Assembly: GCA_964566035.1 (NCBI GenBank)
Contig: CAZMHH010000003.1
Location: forward strand, 5,220-69,219
DNA: 64,000 nucleotides
Source: an uncultured Thermodesulfobacteriota bacterium
GTDB taxonomy: Bacteria; Desulfobacterota; WTBG01; CAIYCZ01; CAIRTM01
Reading direction: 5' to 3'
In this document: positions 39,591 to 50,473 of the stretch, in pieces
Position numbering within the stretch: the first letter of the stretch is position 1
How the letters are laid out: every line of letters begins with the position of its first letter
The notes under the pieces: generated by a model
The model's database searches: none
The model's input: only the letters and a program-made list of their open reading frames with translations
Told to the model about the DNA's origin: nothing
Made by a program: the position numbers and the translations under genes

Positions 39591-39709
39591 CTAATTAATT
39601 CCTTGTAAAATTAGCTTTTAAGCAAAAGCATGAATCGCTGTTACTTTCCGTAATACCTTTTGCAAATTTTAAGTTTTTTTGTTTTGCTCAATAGCCAACA
39701 GCTTAACAG

Positions 39710-40585
39710 CTAAATTGTTTTTTTCATAAGAGGGAACCCCATCTCTTCTCTCTGTTTGAGATAAGCCTCTGCCGCCAAACGGGCAAGGTTTCTTACCCGT
39801 GCAATGTAGCCTGTTCTTTCTGTGACGCTTATTGCTCCTCTTGCGTCAAGCAGATTAAAAGCATGTGAACATTTGAGACAGTAATCATAAGCAGGCAGAA
39901 TAAGCCCTTTTTTTAAAACCGAAATTGATTCGTTTTCATACATATCAAAAAGCTTAAAAAGCATATCCTTGTTAGAAACCTCAAAATTATATGTTGAAAA
40001 CTCCACCTCACCCCTGTGATGAACATCACCATAGGTTATTCCATGAGCCCATTCAAGGTCAAAAACATTGTCTTTCTGCTGAAGATACATTGCAATGCGC
40101 TCTATTCCGTAGGTTATCTCAACCGAAATAGGTTTAAGGTCTATTCCGCCCGCCTGCTGGAAGTAGGTAAACTGCGTTATTTCCATGCCGTCAAGCCATA
40201 CCTCCCAACCAAGTCCCCATGCTCCAAGTGTTGGGGATTCCCAGTCATCCTCCACAAATCTTATGTCATGTTCAAGTGGGTTGACATTAAAACTTTTGAG
40301 GCTTTCAAGATACATTTCCTGAATATCAAGAGGGGAGGGCTTCATTATTACCTGAAACTGATAATAGTGCTGGAGCCTGTTCGGGTTTTCGCCGTAACGA
40401 CCGTCAGTAGGGCGTCTTGAAGGCTCGATATAAGCAACATTCCAAGGCTCAGGACCAAGTGCCCTTAGAAAAGTTGCAGGGTTAAAAGTTCCTGCACCTA
40501 CTTCAATGTCATAGGGCTGCTGAATAATACACCCCTTTTTTGACCAGAATTCCTGAAGCCTGAGAAAAAGTTCCTGAAAAGTCAA
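39710..40585 (-). CDS. glyQ: Glycine-tRNA ligase alpha subunit
   Basis: [52 protein letters not shown] start. Confidence 0.98.
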   Translation of the reverse strand: MTFQELFLRLQEFWSKKGCIIQQPYDIEVGAGTFNPATFLRALGPEPWNVAYIEPSRRPTDGRYGENPNRLQHYYQFQVIMKPSPLDIQEMYLESLKSFNVNPLEHDIRFVEDDWESPTLGAWGLGWEVWLDGMEITQFTYFQQAGGIDLKPISVEITYGIERIAMYLQQKDNVFDLEWAHGITYGDVHHRGEVEFSTYNFEVSNKDMLFKLFDMYENESISVLKKGLILPAYDYCLKCSHAFNLLDARGAISVTERTGYIARVRNLARLAAEAYLKQREEMGFPLMKKTI

Positions 40586-40597
40586 TTTTTTTCTCCG

Positions 40598-41371
40598 TTA
40601 AAATGAAGGTGAGACCGCTTTGTTTATTTGTTGAATAATCTCCATGGATCTAGGTCTCCTGCCCATGTGAAACTCTATGAACCTGCTGAATATAGCCCTG
40701 CTTTCATCATGTTCTGACCTGGTAAAAAAGATTCTATCCAGTTTAGAAATTCCAAAATCCTTTGCTTTCTGGAACAACCTTATCGTTCCGTTTGAGAGGG
40801 GAATAAGACCGTGCCCGGAACTCCGACAATTGCTGCACACTATACCGCCCCTGTTTACTGAAAACATATAGTTTCTTTCAAGGCTGAAACTCTCGCCGCA
40901 CCCAACGCACTGAAGGAACTGAGGCATATAACCGGTAAGCATAAAAAATCTGTGCTCAAAAAGCCTTAGCATGCTTTCTCTGAGGTTCCCTCCTGAAAGA
41001 AGTTTGATAAAATAATTTAGGAGATAAAATATCCGGGGATTTTTTTGTCTTTCCGGAGTAAACATGTTTACAAGTTCAAGCAGATAACTTCCATAGGCGA
41101 CCATTTTTAAATCAGAAGCAATTTCGGGGTAGGTATTTATGATACGGCAGTTTTCAAGTCTTGCAAGTCCGCTGTTTTCATTATCTGCAAAATAAATCTC
41201 AATGTGTGTGAAGGGTTCAAGCCCGCTTCCAAACCTTTTAAGACTTCGTTTTGCTCCTTTGGCAACAGCTTTTATTCTGCCAAAATCTTTTGTGTAAACA
41301 GAGACAAGCCGGTCGGTTTCTCCCATGTCGCTTGCTGAGAGCATTACAGCTTCTGAGTGTATGTTTCGCAT
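40598..41371 (-). CDS. recO: DNA repair protein RecO
   Basis: GETDRLV..YT..FG.I.AVAKGAKRS, CVGC...CSNC zinc motif; conserved position upstream of glyQ. Confidence 0.93.
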   Translation of the reverse strand: MRNIHSEAVMLSASDMGETDRLVSVYTKDFGRIKAVAKGAKRSLKRFGSGLEPFTHIEIYFADNENSGLARLENCRIINTYPEIASDLKMVAYGSYLLELVNMFTPERQKNPRIFYLLNYFIKLLSGGNLRESMLRLFEHRFFMLTGYMPQFLQCVGCGESFSLERNYMFSVNRGGIVCSNCRSSGHGLIPLSNGTIRLFQKAKDFGISKLDRIFFTRSEHDESRAIFSRFIEFHMGRRPRSMEIIQQINKAVSPSF

Positions 41372-41577
41372 ATTTTTTTAAAGTTAGAATTAAGATATTA
41401 ACTTTTTATTTATATTCTGAACTGCAAAAAAAATCAATAAAAAATTAAAGAGGCAATAATTAAAAGCAACAACTCTCTTGTCTGATAAGAACTGTTAAGA
41501 GAAAACATATAAACATTTAACCTTTTACGAATTGCAGCCACTTTAAAATATGATACAATCTCGGGAGAAACAGATGC

Positions 41578-42939
41578 TTAAACAAAAATAGCCTTAAAGA
41601 AAATTATTGCAAGAATAAAATATACATTTATTGCCACAACATCGTTTGTGGTTGATAACAAAGCGCCCGAAGCTACAGCCGGATCAACTTTCAGTTTTCT
41701 GAAAAGAAGCGGAAGGAGAAGTCCCATTATTGCAGCGTAGGTTATAGTTAAAAACATTGAAACAAAGATTACCAAACCAAGTATTGAATCTCCGCGCCAG
41801 AGCAATCCGAAAACACCGCCTATAAGACCGCAACATACTCCTAGTATTGTACCCACAGTAAATTCTCTAAAAAGGGTTTTTCGCAATCTGTGAATATCTA
41901 TTTTTCCTATGGCAAGCCCCCTGATAATAATGGTTGAGGACTGAACGCTCACGTTTCCGCTCATAGCACAGACAACAGGAACAAAACTTACAAGGGCAAG
42001 AATTTCACTAAACATTGGTTCATAAATCCATAGAAAAAAAGCACTCAGAAAGGTACCGCCCAAGTTGATTAAGAGCCAAGGCAACCTTGTTCTGCAAATT
42101 CCCGAGATATTGTCGCTGTAAACAATGCTCTCCTCCTGGGATATACCTGCCATCATAAGCATATCCTCAGAGCCTTCTTCCTGCATAACATCCAGAATGT
42201 CATCAACGAGAATACGACCGATTATCCTCTTATCATGATCAACAACAGGCATGGAGACAATATCATATTTTCTAAATATTGTAGCAACCTCTTCCTGGTC
42301 GATTTCTGGATGTACATAATGAACAGAGGTATTCATTATATCCCTAAGCGGAGTGAGCTCTTTTGCAAGCAGCAGTTTTTTTAAGGGCAGGGACCCAACA
42401 AGGCGGGACCCTTCATCTGTTACAAAAACATTATGAAAGTTTTCAAGTATCTCGGCTTTCTGCCTTATGAATTCGGTGGCTTCCTTTACTGTGCAGTTTT
42501 GATCAAGGGATATCAACTCTGTCTGCATTATGCCGCCGGCTGTATCTTCAGGGTAGGAAAGCAGTTTTTGGAGTTGTTTAGATTTTTCTCCGTCAATGCT
42601 TCCAAGAACCTGAAGTGCCTGCTCTGTTGAAAGGTCTCCGATAAGGTCTGCAGCATCGTCTGAGGGCATATCCTCAACCAGTTCGGTCAGCCTCTCTTTT
42701 GATATATCCTCAAGTATAAGCTCTCTTGATATATCATTTAAAGCCATGATAACATCCGAGGCAGTATCAATATCAAGAAGTCTGAAGAGTTTTGATCTTT
42801 TTTCCTCCTCCAGGCCGTCTATGAGTTCGGCTATATCGTCAGGATGGACTTTTGCAATAAGGGTCAGTATCTTGAGTTCCTGTCCTTCATCAATAAGTTC
42901 CTCAAGCTGTCTGAGATATTTCTGTTTGAAGGTTTCCAT
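41578..42939 (-). CDS. mgtE: Magnesium transporter MgtE
   Basis: HPDDIAE N-domain, EDTAGGIM plus CBS pair, RLPWL, DPAVASG..L.TTND. Confidence 0.95.
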   Translation of the reverse strand: METFKQKYLRQLEELIDEGQELKILTLIAKVHPDDIAELIDGLEEEKRSKLFRLLDIDTASDVIMALNDISRELILEDISKERLTELVEDMPSDDAADLIGDLSTEQALQVLGSIDGEKSKQLQKLLSYPEDTAGGIMQTELISLDQNCTVKEATEFIRQKAEILENFHNVFVTDEGSRLVGSLPLKKLLLAKELTPLRDIMNTSVHYVHPEIDQEEVATIFRKYDIVSMPVVDHDKRIIGRILVDDILDVMQEEGSEDMLMMAGISQEESIVYSDNISGICRTRLPWLLINLGGTFLSAFFLWIYEPMFSEILALVSFVPVVCAMSGNVSVQSSTIIIRGLAIGKIDIHRLRKTLFREFTVGTILGVCCGLIGGVFGLLWRGDSILGLVIFVSMFLTITYAAIMGLLLPLLFRKLKVDPAVASGALLSTTNDVVAINVYFILAIIFFKAIFV

Positions 42940-43241
42940 AGATTTTTAAAAATAGTTCTTTATTTTTTAGAGTGTTATGTTATGCTTAAAGATAGTGGTT
43001 AAACAAAAGCAAAACCTGAAAAATTATAGCAATCAGGAAAAACAGCCCTGCGCTGAAAAATAAAAATTCTGTGATTGGTTAATCTCTAAAAACTATCATT
43101 AACGGTCAACAAAAGCAAGAAGTGTTGTTTAAAAAACAGGGTTATTTTTTTACAGGCAACGATCTGTTCCTTTTTTTTAACAATGACAGCAAGAAATTTA
43201 AATCCTGAAAAACTTATATATATTTTTACCCGGAGGAAAAC

Positions 43242-44678
43242 ATGACAACCAAAAAAAAAGTACTACCGATTGAACCTGCTCTTGATTATAAGATTGCAGA
43301 CTTAAGTCTTGCTGAATGGGGAATAAAAGAGATGCAGTTATCAGAAAGGGAAATGCCCGGACTTATGGCTGTAAAAGAAAAATACGGACATCAGAAACCT
43401 CTAAAGGGGTTGAAGGTGACAGGAAGTCTTCACATGACTATTCAAACTGCAATGCTTATAGATACTTTATATGAGCTTGGGGCTGATATCAGATGGGCTT
43501 CATGTAACATATTTTCTACTCAGGACCACGCCGCTGCTGCGGTTGTTAAAAAAGGGCTTGCAAAAGTTTTTGCATGGAAGGGTGAAACACTGGATGAATA
43601 CTGGTGGTGTACCGAGCAGGCTCTAACCTGGCCTGATGGTTCAGGTCCTGATTTAATAGTTGATGACGGGGGTGATGCAACCCTGTTTGTTCATGAGGGA
43701 GTTAAGTTTGAAAAAGATCCTTCTCTTGCAGAGAAGCAATATGAAAACAATGAAATGCAAATAATCGCGGAGCGGCTTGCCGAAGGACTAACAAGAGACC
43801 CTGCTCACTGGACGACAATCTCCAGTACCATCAAAGGTGTTTCCGAAGAAACAACAACAGGTGTTAACAGACTATATAAAATGATGTACACAGGCGAGCT
43901 CCTTTTCCCTGCTGTTAATGTAAATGATTCTGTCACAAAATCCAAGTTTGACAACCTTTACGGTTGCAGGGAATCTCTTGCTGACGGGATAAAACGTGCT
44001 ACAGACATAATGCTTGCAGGCAAACTCTGTGTTGTGCTGGGCTATGGAGATGTAGGCAAAGGCTGTGCCTCCTCTATGCGAAGCTATGGGGCGAGGGTAA
44101 CTGTAACCGAAATTGATCCCATATGTGCTCTTCAGGCTTCTATGGGGGGATATGATGTTAAAAAACTTGATGAAGTAGTTTCAGATGCGGATATTTTTAT
44201 TACAGCAACAGGGAATTATCATGTGATAACAGGTGAACATATGGAAAAGATGAAAGATGAAGCGATAATATGCAACATCGGTCATTTTGACAATGAGATA
44301 GAGATGAGCTATCTTGAAAAAAGTCCTGAATGTAAAAAAGAAAATATAAAGCCTCAGGTTGATAAATGGAGTTTAAAATCAGGAAAGACGATTATAGTGC
44401 TTGCAGAAGGAAGGCTTGTAAACTTGGGTTGTGCTACAGGACATCCCAGTTTTGTAATGAGCACAAGTTTTACCAATCAGTGCCTGGCGCAGATTGAGCT
44501 TGCTGTAAAAAATCATGAGAAAAAGGTTTATACATTGCCTAAAAAACTTGATGAAGAGGTTGCAAGGCTGCATTTGGAAAGATTAGGCGCAAGGATTTCA
44601 ACACTGACCAAGGAGCAGGCAGATTATATAGGCGTTCCAATTGAAGGACCGTTTAAGTCGGATCATTACAGGTATTAA
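43242..44678 (+). CDS. ahcY: S-adenosylhomocysteine hydrolase
   Basis: [64 protein letters not shown]. Confidence 0.98.
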   Translation: MTTKKKVLPIEPALDYKIADLSLAEWGIKEMQLSEREMPGLMAVKEKYGHQKPLKGLKVTGSLHMTIQTAMLIDTLYELGADIRWASCNIFSTQDHAAAAVVKKGLAKVFAWKGETLDEYWWCTEQALTWPDGSGPDLIVDDGGDATLFVHEGVKFEKDPSLAEKQYENNEMQIIAERLAEGLTRDPAHWTTISSTIKGVSEETTTGVNRLYKMMYTGELLFPAVNVNDSVTKSKFDNLYGCRESLADGIKRATDIMLAGKLCVVLGYGDVGKGCASSMRSYGARVTVTEIDPICALQASMGGYDVKKLDEVVSDADIFITATGNYHVITGEHMEKMKDEAIICNIGHFDNEIEMSYLEKSPECKKENIKPQVDKWSLKSGKTIIVLAEGRLVNLGCATGHPSFVMSTSFTNQCLAQIELAVKNHEKKVYTLPKKLDEEVARLHLERLGARISTLTKEQADYIGVPIEGPFKSDHYRY

Positions 44679-44828
44679 TAGAGCTGTAAGGTTGTTGGCT
44701 GATAGGCCGTTAAGCAGAAATCAATACCGATTAATAGGTGGGCGCAGGAGAATTAACGGGTTTTACCTATTAACCCATCTATAAGAGTTTGAGCTTTGTG
44801 GCTTCATTTATGTTTCCGAGAGTTTTTT

Positions 44829-45437
44829 ATGGCTTTGATTGAGCTTTTTTTCATTGCGGCAGCCTACCTTGTTGGAAGTATTCCGACAGGGGTTATTGTC
44901 GGACGTTTTTTTTCTGAAAAAGATATCCGGAAATCAGGTAGCGGTAATATAGGGGCTACTAATGCAGGTAGAGTTCTTGGAATCAAGTTTGGAATAATTA
45001 CATTTTTAGGGGATGTGCTTAAGGGGTTTATCCCTGTTTTTACTGCCGCCCTTTTTCTGGATGAAGTCCTGTTTTTATCTCTTACAGGTTTCAGTGCTTT
45101 TGCAGGCCACCTGTTTCCTGTTTATCTGCGTTTCAGAGGTGGAAAAGGTGTTGCCACAGCTTTAGGTGTTTTCATCTTTCTATCCCCATATCCTGCGTTT
45201 ATTTCAATAATTTTCTTTTCGGTTACAGTGGCTCTGTGGCGTTTTGTATCTCTTGGTTCGATAATCGGAGTTTTTGTCCTCCCCATTTCCGCGTATTTAC
45301 TTTCCTGTCCATTGGAAATAACTGTAACTGCTTCAGCAGTTACAGCTCTTGTGATCATAAAACACATAGCAAATATTAAAAGGCTTCTTGATGGAACGGA
45401 AAACAGGATAGGCAGGAGAAGCAATAATCAGTTGTGA
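44829..45437 (+). CDS. plsY: Glycerol-3-phosphate acyltransferase PlsY
   Basis: AYLVGSIP, GSGNIGATN, GH.FPVYL.FRGGKGVAT, KHIANIKRL. Start taken at ATG 44829. Confidence 0.95.
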   Translation: MALIELFFIAAAYLVGSIPTGVIVGRFFSEKDIRKSGSGNIGATNAGRVLGIKFGIITFLGDVLKGFIPVFTAALFLDEVLFLSLTGFSAFAGHLFPVYLRFRGGKGVATALGVFIFLSPYPAFISIIFFSVTVALWRFVSLGSIIGVFVLPISAYLLSCPLEITVTASAVTALVIIKHIANIKRLLDGTENRIGRRSNNQL

Positions 45438-45596
45438 ACCATGAAATTTGAATTTTAAATTCACAAGTATTTTGTCAATTACAAGCCTGTGACGAACATA
45501 TCGATAACAAGAACGAAATGTGCTTTTCCTGATTCCTGACAGTTTTGTTTTTCCCTGCCTCCCACAGAATTGTTTTTAAGACAGGAATAGTAAAAA

Positions 45597-48002
45597 ATGA
45601 ACAGTTTTAATAAACATATAAAAAGCTCAGAGTGTTTTGCTCAGCTGATAGAGCTATTTCCTGATGCTGTGGTTATATGCATAGATTCAGGGGAGATTGT
45701 AATGCATAACAGGGTATTTGCAAATCTGCTGGGTTTGGGTTCTTATGATATGCGTGGGAAAATGCTCCATGACTTGACGGTCAGGGAACAGGGTGTCTAT
45801 AAATGTTCAACAGGCGATAATGTTGAATGTGATGCCGAATATATAAACAGATTTAAAAAATCATTCACAACCTTTCCTGTCAAGGGTGACAATGTAAACC
45901 TGGAAGGCTATATCCTTAATAAGGACAATACAGCAGTTCCTGTTATTTTTTCAGTTTCATACTATTTGGATGAAGAAGCCTATGCCGGAAAATACATTGT
46001 GACTATAAAGGATGCAACACTTCTTAAAAGAGCCGAGCTTGATCAGAGAAAAGCAAGACAGACTGCAGAAGATGCCAACAGAGCCAAAAGTGAATTCCTT
46101 GCAAATATGAGCCATGAAATAAGAACCCCCATGAACGGTGTTCTTGGTATGCTTGCCCTGCTTAAAAAATCCGACCTTACCTCTAAACAACAGCGCTGGG
46201 CAGAGGTTGCCGGTATAGCCGCTGAATCTCTGCTTTTAATAATAAATGATATTCTTGACTTTTCAAAGATAGAATCAGGAAAGTTCAAACTCGATGAAAA
46301 ACCCTTTGACCTCTGGCTGACAATAAAGGACATAGCGGATTTATACAAAGTAAAAGCTGCTGAAAAGAATCTTTCCTTTTCATACAGAATAGATGATGCC
46401 GTTCCGGAAATGCTTATAGGTGATCCGGCGAGGCTGAGACAGATAATAATAAACCTTATTGGAAACGCTATAAAGTTTACAGATTCAGGTTCTGTTTCGA
46501 TATATGTTAAAAGAGATGAAGATCTGGGGGCTGTGATAAAACTTAAAATTTCGGTGACCGATACAGGCAGTGGAATTCCTGAAAATCTGCATAGCCTTCT
46601 TTTTAAAAGGTTTTCAACTTTTGAAGATTGTTCCACAGCAAAAGCCAAAGGTGCTGGACTCGGGCTTGTTATCTCAAAACAGCTCTGTGAACTTATGGGA
46701 GGGGATATCGGATTCAAGAGCATACCGAAAAGAGGTTCAACTTTCTGGTTTACCTGTATCATGAAAAAACAGAAAAAACAGTTACTAAAAGAGTCTTCAT
46801 CTCAAAATATATTGAAAGATAAAAAAATACTTTTAGTTGAAAACATAGAAGAACCCGAATGTGTAATGTTTCAGCTTCAGAAACACGGATGCATTTGTGA
46901 GTTTGCACCTGATGGTAATACCGCTTTGTCACTGCTTAACAAGGGCGTAGCAAAGGGAAAACCTTTTCTTGCAGTTATCCTTGACAGGCAGATGCATGAT
47001 ATGGAAAGCTTGCATTTTGTAAAGATTATAAAAGGAAATACCCTGCTTAAAGACACTCATATAGTAATGGCCGCCTCTTCAGGTATAAGAGGAGATGCAG
47101 CTCATCTTCAAAAAAGCGGGTTTTCAGGATACCTTACAACTACGTTAAACGAGAAAAGCCTTATCAGCTTTTTCACTGCACTTTTTGAAGAGGGCAGTTT
47201 TGTCACACGTCACACTGCCGCTGAAAAAGCAAAACAGAGCAGACTTGTTCTAATTGTAGAGGATAATGATATCAATATGGAAGTTGTATCAGGTATTCTT
47301 GAGTCGCTTGGCTACAGGTTTGAAACATCCTCAAACGGCATAAAAGCAGTTGAAGCTTTTAAGAAAAAGACCTATGATATTATTTTAATGGATGTAAGGA
47401 TGCCGGAGCTTGATGGCTATGGAGCCACAAGACGGATAAGAAGTTTTGAAACAGAAAAAGGCATGCCTCGAGTTCCTATTATTGCCATGTCGGCGGATGT
47501 AACAGAAGAGGCTATGCAGGCTTGCTTTGATGCCGGTATGGACGGGTTTATTGCCAAACCGATCAGTTCGCAGGGCATATCTGAAATTTTAGAAAAATAT
47601 ATTTTCAATTCTGCGGCAGATAACAAAAATGTTTTTTTAGCAGATAACCAAAAAGATAATTATGGGGCATGTTTGTTTGATCTGAAAGAGGTTCTTGAAA
47701 GATTTAACAACAATGAAGGTCTTTTAAGAAAAATAATAAAAGGATTTATTGAAAATTTTCCTGTGGAATTTGAACGTTTACAGAGCATAGTTCAGGAAAG
47801 AAACAATGAGGTTTTGAAGATGCATGCCCATTCCCTGAAAGGCTCTTTTGGGAATATTGGGGCAGGTTCTCTGCGCAGCATAGCACTGGAGTTGGAGAAA
47901 GCAGGAAAAGAGATGTCTTTTGAGAAAGCAGAAGAACTACTGCCTGAACTTCAAAGGGAATTTGAAAGGTTTAAAGTTTTTTCATTAAAAGAGATTTTAT
48001 AA
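45597..48002 (+). CDS. Cytoplasmic unorthodox hybrid kinase: PAS-HisKA-HATPase-REC-REC-Hpt
   Basis: KSEFLANMSHEIRTPMNG, GDPARLRQI..NL.GNAIKFT, GAGLGL, two REC domains (ILDRQM; LMDVRMP), Hpt HAHSLKGS. Confidence 0.93.
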   Translation: MNSFNKHIKSSECFAQLIELFPDAVVICIDSGEIVMHNRVFANLLGLGSYDMRGKMLHDLTVREQGVYKCSTGDNVECDAEYINRFKKSFTTFPVKGDNVNLEGYILNKDNTAVPVIFSVSYYLDEEAYAGKYIVTIKDATLLKRAELDQRKARQTAEDANRAKSEFLANMSHEIRTPMNGVLGMLALLKKSDLTSKQQRWAEVAGIAAESLLLIINDILDFSKIESGKFKLDEKPFDLWLTIKDIADLYKVKAAEKNLSFSYRIDDAVPEMLIGDPARLRQIIINLIGNAIKFTDSGSVSIYVKRDEDLGAVIKLKISVTDTGSGIPENLHSLLFKRFSTFEDCSTAKAKGAGLGLVISKQLCELMGGDIGFKSIPKRGSTFWFTCIMKKQKKQLLKESSSQNILKDKKILLVENIEEPECVMFQLQKHGCICEFAPDGNTALSLLNKGVAKGKPFLAVILDRQMHDMESLHFVKIIKGNTLLKDTHIVMAASSGIRGDAAHLQKSGFSGYLTTTLNEKSLISFFTALFEEGSFVTRHTAAEKAKQSRLVLIVEDNDINMEVVSGILESLGYRFETSSNGIKAVEAFKKKTYDIILMDVRMPELDGYGATRRIRSFETEKGMPRVPIIAMSADVTEEAMQACFDAGMDGFIAKPISSQGISEILEKYIFNSAADNKNVFLADNQKDNYGACLFDLKEVLERFNNNEGLLRKIIKGFIENFPVEFERLQSIVQERNNEVLKMHAHSLKGSFGNIGAGSLRSIALELEKAGKEMSFEKAEELLPELQREFERFKVFSLKEIL

Positions 48003-48022
48003 ACAGATAATATGGGGGAGTT

Positions 48023-48895
48023 ATGGAACTAAGCAGAGAGGAAGCAGTAAAATTTTTTAACAACCTGGATGAGCTGATAAATAATCTAAAAAAAGATATT
48101 GAAAAAACAGATGATTTGTCTGTTGAAGCATTTCCTACAAACAATCTTTTCAGGGCATTTCATTCAATAAAAGTTAATGCAAACATTCTTGGATATGAAC
48201 AGCTATCCAATGTTTGCCAGCTGGCGGGAGATGTTATTTTAAAGATACGTATAGGAAGTCTTAAATTTGATGACAATGTGCGAGAAATTCTGATTAAAAC
48301 AACAGAGCTTCTTTCTACTGTTTCAGAAAACCTGAAAAATGACGGCTGTGAACAAATACTTGAACAGAGCAGCATTCCAGCTTTAATAAGGGATCTTACC
48401 CAACAGGTCCCATCTTCGTCTGGTATTGCAGCTTCAGACCAGTCAAGAACAGGTATCCATGTTGTTTATAAGGATGACAGAAAAAAGCCCGAAAAACTCA
48501 AAAGCCTTGTTGTTGAAGATGAATTTGTTTCAAGGAACATGCTTCTTGATTTTCTCTCGGATTATGGCCAGTGTGATGTGGCGATTAATGGTTCTGAAGC
48601 AGTTGCTGCTTTTAAGGAAGCGCTTAAAAAGAGGGAAAACTCATATAACCTTATTTGTATGGACATAATGATGCCTGAAACAGACGGGATGGAAGCTGCA
48701 AGGATGATAAGACAGCTTGAGGCTGAGAACGGTGTTCCTGCATATGCTGAGGTAAATATTATTATGATTACAGCTCTTGGAGATCCCAAAACAGTAATAA
48801 ATTCATACTATAACTGCGGAGCCACATCGTATCTTGTTAAACCAATAAATTTGAAAAGATTAAAAGTGGAACTGGAAAAGCTGGGGATAATATAG
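48023..48895 (+). CDS. Hpt (CheA-P1-like)-REC fusion protein
   Basis: N-terminal LFRAFHSIK helix bundle; C-terminal REC LVVEDE/CMDIMMP/TA/YLVKPI. GGGGAG RBS. Confidence 0.8.
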   Translation: MELSREEAVKFFNNLDELINNLKKDIEKTDDLSVEAFPTNNLFRAFHSIKVNANILGYEQLSNVCQLAGDVILKIRIGSLKFDDNVREILIKTTELLSTVSENLKNDGCEQILEQSSIPALIRDLTQQVPSSSGIAASDQSRTGIHVVYKDDRKKPEKLKSLVVEDEFVSRNMLLDFLSDYGQCDVAINGSEAVAAFKEALKKRENSYNLICMDIMMPETDGMEAARMIRQLEAENGVPAYAEVNIIMITALGDPKTVINSYYNCGATSYLVKPINLKRLKVELEKLGII

Positions 48896-49073
48896 TTGTT
48901 GAGCTGTCAGGTAAGGACTGTAAAGGGGATGAAAAAAACAATCTTTCACATCGAGTTCAGTTTGTTCTCAATCCCTACAGCTGCAAAACTTAACTGCTTA
49001 CTCTGTGTTCCCCGTCCCGGGTTTTAGTTTTGTCCTGTAAATTGTTTTCTGCCGCTTATAACCCATTAGCGCT

Positions 49074-49586
49074 TTATCCATCATGTCTGTCGACAAGATT
49101 TTTCTGCCATCTGAAGAAAACCTCACCTGTGTGTGTTAAAAAATACAGTTTGCAGCCGCTGTTTCCTCCATAGTTATGGGCGACAAGATGAAGCTTCTCT
49201 GACTCAATGGTTTTTAATGCAATATCAATATTCATCATCCCTATTTTTTTTTTGGCATTTATTGCTGAAAACATATCAGCACCTCCAAAAAGCTTAACAT
49301 CAATATCTTTGCTTTTTACGTTCTTTTTATCAAATTCTTCAATCATTGCAAGAATAGATGTATCAACATATTTGTATGCCTCGGTTCTGTTTAAGCTTTG
49401 CACTACCTCTGCAGGTGCTTTTGGAAGAGCGGCATGGTTCATTGCCGCCAGACCTTTTTTCATGCAGAACATTGTAACAGAGATACATGAACCAAGGACA
49501 GTGCTTAGTATCATTGGTTGATTCGTGAAAAAGATTTCGCCGGATTTTAAAAAATGAACCGGCAGATTTTTTAATGACTGTTTCAT
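49074..49586 (-). CDS. cheD: Chemoreceptor glutamine deamidase CheD
   Basis: LKSGE, TVLGSCISV, NHAALP, YVD, KLFGGADM, IG.MN. Confidence 0.9.
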   Translation of the reverse strand: MKQSLKNLPVHFLKSGEIFFTNQPMILSTVLGSCISVTMFCMKKGLAAMNHAALPKAPAEVVQSLNRTEAYKYVDTSILAMIEEFDKKNVKSKDIDVKLFGGADMFSAINAKKKIGMMNIDIALKTIESEKLHLVAHNYGGNSGCKLYFLTHTGEVFFRWQKNLVDRHDG

Positions 49587-49750
49587 TTTTTGATATTGAT
49601 CTGTAAAAAATTTTAAAATACTGTAAACTTACCTTTGCAGCCCTGAATTGTATTAACAGATTGTATATCTGTTTTTTTTTAACTCTTGAATTAAATAAAT
49701 AATGCAGCAGAACTAAAAAAGCAAGCAAGAAATTGTCATAAAAAGTATTA

Positions 49751-49779
49751 TTGACATTTACAGAACGCTGTTCTATATT
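49751..49779 (+). promoter_or_regulatory. sigma70 promoter with an overlapping palindromic TetR-type operator (49759-49777)
   Basis: TTGACA-N17-TATATT. The spacer contains the near-perfect inverted repeat TACAGAAC-GCT-GTTCTATA. Confidence 0.7.
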
Positions 49780-49829
49780 AAAACAATGTTTCTTCTTTAG
49801 AGATTAATCCTGCAGTGAGAGGAATTTTT

Positions 49830-50471
49830 ATGACAGATTTAAAGGAAGCTATTGAAGCAAGAAACAGGGCAGAGAAAGAAGAAAGGATAAAAAAAATTCT
49901 CAGCTCCGGCAAAAAACTATTTCTTAAAAAAGGATATGCAAACACAACAATGAGGGATATCTGCAGGGAGGCTGTTCTGTCAACAGGGGCTGTATATTTC
50001 TACTTTAAAAGTAAGGAAGAGATATATGCACGTGTTTGTGAAGAATCTTTCCTCTTTCTCCTTGAAATGTTTGAGAAATCAGTTGACAGAGAAGATTCAG
50101 CAATAAGAAGGCTTCAGAATGCAAGGAATGCTTATCTTGATTTCTATAAAAAGCATAATGATCAGTGGATTATGCTTAGCAACGGTTTCAGAAATGCCAT
50201 TACATCCCCTGAACTTCTTAACAAACTTGAAAACATAGATTCCAGGATTCTCTCCTTTTTTCAGGAGATGGTTTCACAATTTCTAAAAGAACACGGTCTT
50301 GAAGAAGAATATGACCACACTGAGGTTACTTTTGCTCTCTGGGCGGGGGTTGAGGGCCTGCTTATTATACACAACCATAAATACCTTGAAATTAAAGGTC
50401 TGAATCTTGAAAGAATGGTCGATAAACAGTTTAGAATCTTTTTAAAAGGTCTTCTGGGAAAAGAGGTTTGA
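49830..50471 (+). CDS. TetR/AcrR family transcriptional regulator
   Basis: HTH IL.S...LF.KKGY.NTTMRDI.REA.LS.GAVYFYFKSKEEIY. ATG 49830 with AGAGGA RBS. Confidence 0.93.
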   Translation: MTDLKEAIEARNRAEKEERIKKILSSGKKLFLKKGYANTTMRDICREAVLSTGAVYFYFKSKEEIYARVCEESFLFLLEMFEKSVDREDSAIRRLQNARNAYLDFYKKHNDQWIMLSNGFRNAITSPELLNKLENIDSRILSFFQEMVSQFLKEHGLEEEYDHTEVTFALWAGVEGLLIIHNHKYLEIKGLNLERMVDKQFRIFLKGLLGKEV

Positions 50472-50473
50472 AT

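Noticed and set aside
42940-43241. Possible SAH or M-box riboswitch between mgtE and ahcY
   Set aside because: AT-rich with no recognisable consensus; an Rfam scan would be needed.
49761-49775. GAAC...GTTC as a Firmicutes-type LexA box
   Set aside because: The spacer is 3 nt rather than 4, and the tetR context explains it better.
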